Of a stretch of 32,000 nt of DNA, positions 16,033 through 23,347 are shown in pieces (the first letter of the stretch is position 1; each line of letters opens with the position of its first letter). The stretch is from the NCBI RefSeq assembly GCF_000010625.1, contig NC_010296.1, positions 5,810,796-5,842,795 on the forward strand, read 5' to 3'. The translations under genes and the position numbers were made by a program. This DNA is from Microcystis aeruginosa NIES-843. GTDB lineage: Bacteria > Cyanobacteriota > Cyanobacteriia > Cyanobacteriales > Microcystaceae. The notes under the pieces are model-generated. The model was not told the origin of the DNA. It made no database searches and saw only the letters and a program-made list of their open reading frames with translations.

Positions 16033-16602
16033 ATGAAACTATCAGACTATGCAAAAAAAACAGGAATAAGTTATCGAACGGCTTGGAGGTGGTGGAAACA
16101 AGGGAATTTAACAGGTTATCAATTGCCTTCTGGTACAATTATCATAACGGATGACAACCATTCAAAACCCGACTTGATAGCCTGCATTTATGCAAGAGTT
16201 TCCAGTGCCGAAAATAAAGACAATCTAGATAGACAAGCTGACCGATTAAAAGATTATGCTGTTGCCAGAGGCTACAAAATCTACAAAGTTGTCAAAGAAG
16301 TAGGCAGTGGATTAAACGATAATCGCCAACAATTAGCCAAAATTCTAGTTGACCCCAATTATAATGTTTTAATTGTTGAACACAAAGACCGTCTAGCCAG
16401 ATTTGGGACTAATTATCTAGAAATCTTGTTAAAAGAACTAGATAAAAAAGTGGAGATTGTCAATCAAAGTGAGGATAATCAGGATGAGTTGATGTCAGAT
16501 TTAATAGCCATTATAACCTCTTTTTGTTCTCGAATTTACGGATTAAGAAGGTCGAAAAGAAAGACAGAAAAGATTATAGCTGAGTTAAAAGACAACGGAT
16601 AA
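16033..16602 (+). CDS. tnpA: IS607-family serine recombinase transposase TnpA
   Basis: 189 aa. MerR-like HTH (YAKKTGISYRTAWRWWKQG) followed by a resolvase catalytic domain with YARVSS nucleophile-Ser motif. Confidence 0.9.
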   Translation: MKLSDYAKKTGISYRTAWRWWKQGNLTGYQLPSGTIIITDDNHSKPDLIACIYARVSSAENKDNLDRQADRLKDYAVARGYKIYKVVKEVGSGLNDNRQQLAKILVDPNYNVLIVEHKDRLARFGTNYLEILLKELDKKVEIVNQSEDNQDELMSDLIAIITSFCSRIYGLRRSKRKTEKIIAELKDNG

Positions 16603-16604
16603 TA

Positions 16605-17828
16605 ATGTTAGTAGCAGAAAGACACATTATCAAGAAAGGACATAGATTTTGGGCTGAGATAGATAATTTATCTTGGCAGTCTAAAAATCTCTACAACTCA
16701 GCCAATTATTTAATCCGACAAAACTTCATTTATGGTCATGGCTATTTGACCTATAATCAGATGGCCTCTCTGAGGTCAAAGACAGAACAGTATCAAGCTT
16801 TACCCGCTAAAGTTTCCCAACAAGTTTTGAGAGGATTAGACAAAAACTGGCCATCATTTTTTGCCGCTTCATCGGAGTTTAAAAGTCACCCCGATAAATT
16901 TCTGGTCAAACCCAAAATCCCTAGCTATAAGGAGCCAAAAAAAGGACGAAATCTCTTAGTTTACACGATTCAATCCCTAAGCAAAGTAGGTCTTAGGCAA
17001 GGAATAGTCAAATTATCAGGTACTTCAATTGCCTTGCCGACGAGAGTAGCCGAGCGCATAGCAGAAGTCAGAATAGTTCCTAAATGTGATTGTTATGTAA
17101 TCGAGGTAATTTATGAGAAAACTGAACAGTTCTTAGCTCCTAATGAAAAGATAGCTGCGCTAGATTTAGGCATAGATAATTTGATGGCTGTAACTTCAAA
17201 TCAACCGGACTTTATCCCTTTGTTGATTAATGGCAGACCGTTAAAAAGCCTGAATCAATTTTATAACCAACGTCGGGCTAAGTTACAATCTCTGTTAAAA
17301 GGCAATCGTCAAAGTTCCCAGAGGATGCGCCGTTTGACTCGCTGTCGTAATCAGAAAGTAGATGATTATCTTCATCAGGCTAGTCGTTATTTAGTCAATC
17401 TCTTAGTTGACCAAGAGATAACAACTTTAGTAATTGGGAAAAATGACGGTTGGAAACAAGAAGTAAACTTAGGAAAAGTCAACAATCAAAAATTTGTGAC
17501 CATCCCTCATGCTCGATTAATTGAGATGATTAGTTATAAATGTCAATTAGAAGGAATCTCTGTGATTCTTCAAGAAGAATCCTATACCTCAGCTTCTAAT
17601 TTTTTGAATGACGATCCTCTCCCCGTTTATGGACAGATAACTGAAAAGCCAGTGTTTTCAGGAAACTGAATTTTACGAGGGTTATATCGTACAGATAAGG
17701 GGATTCTGGTTCAATCTGATGTCATGGGTTCCTACAATATTTTACGAAAAGCATTCCCAAATGCGTTTAACTGCTATGGGATAGAGAGGTGCGTAGTTCA
17801 CCCAAGGAGAATCAATCTCTCGAAGTAA
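16605..17828 (+). pseudogene. tnpB: IS607-associated tnpB interrupted by an in-frame TGA at 17667-17669
   Basis: The 354-aa ORF has RuvC-I AALDLGIDN and RuvC-II ILQEESYTS. After TGA the same frame continues for 52 codons (ILRGLYRTDKGILVQSDVMGSYNILRKAFPNAF...HPRRINLSK, stop 17826-17828) and contains the RuvC-III Asp motif. The stop codon therefore removes the third catalytic residue. Confidence 0.8.
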
Positions 17829-17898
17829 AAGTGAAGGGAATTTCTGAAATGGAATTCAGTCTGTCTATATTTGACTATACTGTTACTAACTATGAATA

Positions 17899-18127
17899 AT
17901 TGACATACTCCCACCGTCAAGCTACGCTGTGACGGGAGATTCTTTCCAGATCACTATCGGAAATTCCTTGTTCAACGAGACAGCTTAGATTCTCAATGTC
18001 TCCACTGAAAACCCAGAGACCGGACTCTGCCAAGGCGTTTGGGTCGGTTTCTGTTTGCCCAACAGTACCGTTGAGATGATTTCCCAAATATTTCAACCCT
18101 TTTTTAAGAATGTTGATGGCTGCATTA
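17899..18127 (-). mobile_element. Solo 3' fragment (tnpB 3' end + right end = omega-RNA region) of the IS605-type element seen at 5572-7038
   Basis: The reverse complement aligns base-for-base with 6810-7038, with roughly 15 mismatches in 229 nt by eye and no gaps. Homology starts at the NAAINI codons and ends at ...GTATGTCAAT, the right-end boundary. Confidence 0.85.
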
Positions 18128-18151
18128 GGTAAAAATCAGAGCTATCGCCCC

Positions 18152-19228
18152 TTAGATTGGCCGATCATGGCTATTTGCCACCGGTTCGGGGCTATCCTCG
18201 CCAATCCAAGCCCTAACTAACTCGTAGCAAAGACCGAGCAGAACTGGCCCGACGAATAAACCAATAATCCCGTAGGCGATCACTCCCCCGAACACCCCTA
18301 GCAGAATCACCACCATGGGAATGGGCAGACCGCGCCCCATTAAGATCGGTTTGAGGAAATTATCCACCAAGGTGGCGGGAATCATCCAGAGGGTAAATAA
18401 TAGGGCGATAGAATTGGGTAGTGTTACCCAAGCGTGAATGAGCGCCCCCAAGACAATCAAACCGGGGCCAATTTGGAGAATGCCCAAAATTAGGGTGAGG
18501 AGAGTTAATAAACCGGCCGCAGGCGTTCCCACCGTTACTAAACCGATGCCGATCAAAAGACTCTGGATAATAGCAACGCCAATAATACCGCGGCTAACAT
18601 TGCGGACGGTAGAGGCGGTCAGACCGGCCAGCGCGATTCCTCGACCCGGGGCGATCTTTTCCGCTAACCGGTTCATCGGGCGAGTCAGATTTTTAGCGGA
18701 GAGGGTGAGGGCCGCCGCAATCAGAATCGAGGCGATAAATTTCAGCACCGTCAGACCGGTACTGGTGGCCAGAGAAAGGGAGATTTTCCCCAGTTCTTTT
18801 AATTGTGGCTCGAAGCGTTGAAGAAATTGACCCGTGTTATCTGATGCCTGCTGCCAGAGACCGGCAATCCTTTCGCCGATCAGCGGCCAGGTGGCCACAT
18901 CGGCGGGGGGAGGGGGAATCAGCACCGCACCAGTATCGATATATTCGGCCATCGTTCGCAGATTACCCGCCAGAACCGCTGCAATGCCACTCACCGGACC
19001 GATAATAATCCCTAGACAAAGTAGGGTGAGGAGAACTGTGGCCAGTTTCGCCCGGCCAGCGAGTAACTTTTTTAACCAGAGAAAGAGCGGATACCAAGCG
19101 ATCGCTAGAATTGCTCCCCAGAGGATCATGGTTAGGAAGGGACGCAGCAGGGTGAACCCAGCAAATAACAACAGGCCGAGAAAAAACAGCCGGATGACGA
19201 GATCGATAATTTTAGCGTCATTTTTCAT
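18152..19228 (-). CDS. AI-2E family transporter (PerM-like permease)
   Basis: Polytopic membrane ORF with the long hydrophobic pattern and PILMGRGL...P motif of the AI-2E/PerM family. ATG at 19228 (MKNDAKIIDLV) is preferred to the upstream ATG at 19270. Confidence 0.8.
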   Translation of the reverse strand: MKNDAKIIDLVIRLFFLGLLLFAGFTLLRPFLTMILWGAILAIAWYPLFLWLKKLLAGRAKLATVLLTLLCLGIIIGPVSGIAAVLAGNLRTMAEYIDTGAVLIPPPPADVATWPLIGERIAGLWQQASDNTGQFLQRFEPQLKELGKISLSLATSTGLTVLKFIASILIAAALTLSAKNLTRPMNRLAEKIAPGRGIALAGLTASTVRNVSRGIIGVAIIQSLLIGIGLVTVGTPAAGLLTLLTLILGILQIGPGLIVLGALIHAWVTLPNSIALLFTLWMIPATLVDNFLKPILMGRGLPIPMVVILLGVFGGVIAYGIIGLFVGPVLLGLCYELVRAWIGEDSPEPVANSHDRPI

Positions 19229-19502
19229 CAATAGCGATCGCCTTTTGGCTAGATGAGGACATTTCTGCAATTATGGCAGTTTTTCGTTATCGGTAGTGAT
19301 TCGCTAGTAGTGGTGAGCCGTTTTGCTTATCTGGTCGGGATTGTGTAAAATATTTCCTAATCAAAATAATTGCCCGATAAATCTTGATAACTGATTCTTT
19401 CAGGGTAAATCTCCTGACAAATATCTTTTTTTTGGTCGGTGCAATGCTTACTTGCAATCGTCTTGATCGAGTAAAATCGACTAATTTAATCTGTTAACAA
19501 GG

Positions 19503-20270
19503 ATGCCAGCAAATTTATTAGAAGTGCGGGGAGCCACCCGTCGATTTGGGGGATTAGTCGCCGTCGATGGGGTTTCCTTTCAGGTACAAAAAAACGAGAT
19601 TTTTGGCTTAATTGGACCCAATGGGGCGGGAAAAACGACTTTATTTAATCTGATCACCGGTTTAATTCCCCTATCCAGCGGTGATTTAATTTATCAAGGC
19701 GACAGTTTGGCTAATTATCGTCCTCACCAGATCGCTCAGGCGGGAATTGCCCGGACTTTCCAGAATTTGCGCTTATTTGGTGAATTATCGGCTTTAGAAA
19801 ATGTGGCGATCGCTGGTAACATTCACAATAGCTCCAATCTCTGGACGGGAATTTTCGGTTTACCGGTTTCGAGAAGGGAGGAGGAAAAAACCTATAAAAG
19901 AGCAGCGGAATTATTAGATTTAGTCGGATTAACTGACCAAAGCAATCGGAAAGCCTCTAATTTAGCCTATGGTGATCAAAGACGCTTGGAAATCGCCCGC
20001 GCTTTAGCTTTGCAACCCCAGTTATTACTCCTCGATGAACCGGCAGCCGGGATGAATCCCAGCGAAAAGGGGTCATTAAGTCAGCTAATTCGACAAATTC
20101 GTGATAATTTAGCTTTAACTGTCCTGTTAATCGAACATCATGTGCCTTTAGTGATGGGATTATGCGATCGCATTGCCGTGTTAGATTTCGGTAAGTTAAT
20201 CGCTTTGGGAGAGCCAGCTACAGTCAGGGAGAATCCCGCGGTGATTGAAGCTTATTTAGGGGATGAATAA
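19503..20270 (+). CDS. ABC transporter ATP-binding protein, LivG/BraF type (branched-chain/neutral amino acid or urea class)
   Basis: 255 aa. Walker A GPNGAGKTT, signature AYGDQRRLEIARAL, Walker B LLLLDEPAAG, and the LivG-specific insertion. No permease partner in the window. Confidence 0.88.
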   Translation: MPANLLEVRGATRRFGGLVAVDGVSFQVQKNEIFGLIGPNGAGKTTLFNLITGLIPLSSGDLIYQGDSLANYRPHQIAQAGIARTFQNLRLFGELSALENVAIAGNIHNSSNLWTGIFGLPVSRREEEKTYKRAAELLDLVGLTDQSNRKASNLAYGDQRRLEIARALALQPQLLLLDEPAAGMNPSEKGSLSQLIRQIRDNLALTVLLIEHHVPLVMGLCDRIAVLDFGKLIALGEPATVRENPAVIEAYLGDE

Positions 20271-20282
20271 GGATTTTAGATA

Positions 20283-20334
20283 TAGCAGCTATCTTCATGG
20301 TGAGGTACGAAGTTTTCGTTTTGGGGAGCCGGTC
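20283..20334 (+). repeat. Interspersed intergenic element, copy C
   Basis: tagcagctatcttcatggtgaggtacgaagttttcgttttggggagccggtc. See copies A and B. Confidence 0.6.
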
Positions 20335-20434
20335 GTCAGTTATCAGTTAACAGCCTTTTTCTCCCTTCTCCCCACTCTCCTACTGCACTAAAGCGACGGA
20401 GAATGTCATACCTGAGCTTATTTTTTTAGACAAA

Positions 20435-20791
20435 TTACTGCATTTTTAGCATCCATTCTACTGTGCGTTCATACAGTTCTAAATTACCAGTTTTTATCAA
20501 AGCATTAGCGGCTTTTTGCAAAGAGTTAAGGCTCGCTACTCGGCTACTAGGATTTTTATCATCGTAGGTAGCAAGAGCCAAATTATAATAAGCTTCGCCA
20601 TAATTAGGCTGATAACTAATTGCTAATTGATAATCCGCAATCGCTTCTTTCTTCTCGCCCATTTTTTCCTTAACTAAACCTCGATTATAGTAAGCTTCAG
20701 CATAGTTAGACTGGAGAGAAATAGCCATATTTAAATCCTCCAAAGCACCAGTATTATCTCCCAAATCAAAGCGAATAACTCCTCTTTTTTC
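20435..20791 (-). pseudogene. TPR-repeat protein gene, 5'-truncated by the cassette array
   Basis: TPR consensus repeats (AEAYYNRGLVKEKMGEKKEAIADYQLAISYQPNYGEAYYNLA). There is no ATG: the ORF-track start is TTG at 20764. The frame stays open upstream (..RGVIRFDLGDNTGALEDL, itself mid-TPR) only until it enters cassette sequence at about 20785, with a stop at 20792-20794. Confidence 0.65.
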
Positions 20792-20800
20792 TCAAAACCC

Positions 20801-21133
20801 TTGACAAATGGCGAGACTTGCTTTAGACTTTATGTATAATGGGAATCCGTGCGCAAATATATATATAGTTTTTGAGCAAAGATAAGAGAGAAAAAAATAG
20901 CCTCAAAAATCGGGATGGGTAGGAATAGGGATATAAGGTATGAAGACTGAAATTTTCTCTCCCCGACAAGCATTAAACAAAGCATTCCTGAGTAGGGATA
21001 ATTCATGAATTATCCCTACGGAATTATCCCTACGGAATTATCCCTACGGAATTATCCCTACGGAATTATCCCTACGATAGGAATTGTTGTTACAGTGATT
21101 ATAAAATCGGCTCGATTTTTTTTCTAAAAACCC
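20801..21133 (+). repeat. Cassette 1 (333 bp; palindrome + 14-mer tract 20992-21075, 5 arm copies)
   Basis: TTGACA-N17-TAGACT, leader, ATGAAGACTGAAATT..., TGA, GTAGGGATAATTCatGAATTATCCCTAC + 4x GGAATTATCCCTAC, then aaaatcggctcgatttttttt. It has a 1-nt insertion between the two candidate ATGs relative to the other units. Confidence 0.9.
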
Positions 21134-21451
21134 TTGACAAATGGCGAGACTTGCTTTAGACTTTTTATATAATGGGAATCCGTGCGCAAATATATATAGG
21201 GTTTTTGAGGGAAGATAAGAGAGAAAAAAATAGACTCCAAAACCGGGATGGGTAGGAATAGGGATAAAGGTATGAAGACAGAAAATTTCTCTCCCCGACA
21301 AGCATTAAACAAAGCATTCCTGAGTAGGGATAATTCATGAATTATCCCTACGGAATTATCCCTACGGAATTATCCCTACGGAATTATCCCTACGATAGGA
21401 ATTGTTGTTACAGTGATTATAAAATCGGCTCGATTTTTTTTCTAAAAACCC
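21134..21451 (+). repeat. Cassette 2 (318 bp; palindrome + 14-mer tract 21324-21393, 4 arm copies)
   Basis: Same organisation. Variant leader ...gggtttttgagggaagataag... is shared only with cassette 3. Confidence 0.9.
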
Positions 21452-21740
21452 TTGACAAATGGCGAGACTTGCTTTAGACTTTTTATATAATGGGAATCCG
21501 TGCGCAAATATATATAGGGTTTTTGAGGGAAGATAAGAGAGAAAAAAATAGACTCCAAAACCGGGATGGGTAGGAATAGGGATAAAGGTATGAAGACAGA
21601 AAATTTCTCTCCCCGACAAGCATTAAACAAAGCATTCCTGAGTAGGGATAATTCATGAATTATCCCTACGGAATTATCCCTACGGAATTATCCCTACGGA
21701 ATTATCCCTACGATAGGAATTGTTGTTACAGTGATTATAA
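21452..21740 (+). repeat. Cassette 3, tail interrupted by RAYT insertion (palindrome + 14-mer tract 21642-21711, 4 arm copies)
   Basis: Identical by eye to cassette 2 up to ...gtgattataaa. There the expected atcggctc is replaced by ~770 bp, and cassette-type sequence resumes at gattttctcaaaaccc (~22512). Confidence 0.85.
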
Positions 21741-22313
21741 ATCCTTTCTACCGAAGCTTTGCCAAAACTGAACTTCCTCCTGACTAGGTTTGACTTGCTG
21801 ATTTTCGATATCTTGATGCCATTTTAAAGGATTATTAACAATATATTCTCTAATTTTCGTTAAGGAAACCTCATCACGGATAATATGTTCATAATAATTC
21901 TTTTGCCAAACCGATTGACCTTGAGTACTCTGCAATTGATTAATCAGTTTAGCACTATTCATTTTAAAATAACCAACCACTTTAGGTAACAACATTTTTC
22001 GCCTTTCCTCTGGTAGAGATAATTCATGAATTATCTCTAATGGGTTATCAATAAATATTATTCCGTGAATATGATTAGGCATAATCACAAATTCATCTAA
22101 AATAACTTCTTTATAACGAGTATCTAAACTATGCCAAATATCCTTAACAACTTGACCAAATTGATTAAGATTCATGACGTTATCTTGTATGTCCCCTAAT
22201 AAATTTTCACTATTTTTAATACAGATTGTCACAAAATATGCAGCCGATTGAGAATAATCATAGTGAGATAATCTTAAGGAACGACGATGGGGTTTATCAG
22301 AAAAGTTATTCAT
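21735..22313 (-). CDS. REP-associated tyrosine transposase-like protein (RAYT / TnpA_REP, HUH-Y1 superfamily)
   Basis: 192 aa. HUH motif MPNHIHGIIFI and catalytic Tyr context WQKNYYEHIIRDE. N-terminal RRSLRLSHYDYSQSAAYFVTICIKN is typical of COG1943/RAYT proteins. The last sense codon and the stop lie in cassette sequence. Confidence 0.8.
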   Translation of the reverse strand: MNNFSDKPHRRSLRLSHYDYSQSAAYFVTICIKNSENLLGDIQDNVMNLNQFGQVVKDIWHSLDTRYKEVILDEFVIMPNHIHGIIFIDNPLEIIHELSLPEERRKMLLPKVVGYFKMNSAKLINQLQSTQGQSVWQKNYYEHIIRDEVSLTKIREYIVNNPLKWHQDIENQQVKPSQEEVQFWQSFGRKDL

Positions 22314-22527
22314 TTATTCATCTCCTTGTCAGGACAATAAATAGGAATCTCATTTTAGTTTTTGGCTATTTAGTAAAATAAGATTAAGCTGAATATAACA
22401 ATAATTGTAACTGCTCGGTCTCGCGTAGCGAGCGCGTTGCGACCGCTTCCTTTAACCTTTCTACCCCTGCAAACTTACTGGCAATTTCCCTCACATCTTG
22501 GGAAGTGGGGAGATTTTCTCAAAACCC

Positions 22528-22873
22528 TTGACAAATGGCGAGACTTGCTTTAGACTTTTTATATAATGGGAATCCGTGCGCAAATATATATATAGTTTTT
22601 GAGCAAAGATAAGAGAGAAAAAAATAGACTCCAAAACCGGGATGGGTAGGAATAGGGATAAAGGGATGAAGACGGAAAATTTCTCTCCCCGACAAGCATT
22701 AAACAAAGCATTCCTGAGTAGGGATAATTCATGAATTATCCCTACGGAATTATCCCTACGGAATTATCCCTACGGAATTATCCCTACGGAATTATCCCTA
22801 CGGAATTATCCCTACGATCTGAATTGTTGTTACGGTGATTATAAAATCGGCTCGATTTTTTTTCTAAAAACCC
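22528..22873 (+). repeat. Cassette 4 (346 bp; palindrome + 14-mer tract 22718-22815, 6 arm copies)
   Basis: Same organisation. Tail variant gatctgaattgttgttacggtg is shared with cassette 5. Confidence 0.9.
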
Positions 22874-23233
22874 TTGACAAATGGCGAGACTTGCTTTAGA
22901 CTTTTTATATAATGGGAATCCGTGCGCAAATATATATATAGTTTTTGAGCAAAGATAAGAGAGAAAAAAATAGACTCCAAAACCGGGATGGGTAGGAATA
23001 GGGATAAAGGTATGAAGACAGAAAATTTCTCTCCCCGACAAGCATTAAACAAAGCATTCCTGAGTAGGGATAATTCATGAATTATCCCTACGGAATTATC
23101 CCTACGGAATTATCCCTACGGAATTATCCCTACGGAATTATCCCTACGGAATTATCCCTACGGAATTATCCCTACGATCTGAATTGTTGTTACGGTGATT
23201 ATAAAATCGGCTCGATTTTTTTTCTCAAAACCC
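22874..23233 (+). repeat. Cassette 5 (360 bp; palindrome + 14-mer tract 23064-23175, 7 arm copies)
   Basis: Same organisation, with the largest 14-mer copy number. Confidence 0.9.
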
Positions 23234-23273
23234 TTGACAAATGGCGAGACTTGCTTTAGACTTTTTATATAAT
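23234..23273 (+). promoter_or_regulatory. Cassette 6 promoter, the one physically attached to the R-M gene: TTGACA-N17-TAGACT plus TATAAT 5 nt further
   Basis: TTGACA 23234-23239, 17-nt spacer, TAGACT 23257-23262, TATAAT 23268-23273. The same hexamers and spacing are conserved in all six cassettes. In the diverged copy at 27300 the -10 is TATACT. Confidence 0.6.
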
Positions 23274-23347
23274 GGGAATCCGTGCGCAAATATATATATA
23301 GTTTTTGAGCAAAGATAAGAGAGAAAAAAATAGACTCCAAAATCGGG

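Larger units (their letters stand above)
15996..17879 (+). mobile_element. IS607-family element (serine-recombinase tnpA + tnpB)
   Basis: tnpA and tnpB are separated by 2 nt. A sub-terminal 15-nt inverted match is seen: TATAGTCAGATATAG (15996-16010) versus the reverse complement of CTATATTTGACTATA (17865-17879). Exact ends not determinable. Confidence 0.7.

Noticed and set aside
20992-23175. The 14-mer tandem tracts as CRISPR arrays
   Set aside because: The repeats are directly abutting with no spacers, and at 14 nt they are far shorter than CRISPR repeats.
23077-23259. Plus-strand 60-aa ORF with periodic NYPYGIIPTELSLR sequence
   Set aside because: It is a translation of the 14-nt tandem repeat, since 3 repeats make 14 codons. 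In other cassettes the same ATG gives different, shorter products because the copy number changes the exit frame. It is noted only as an ATGA stop/start overlap curiosity in the VNTR finding.
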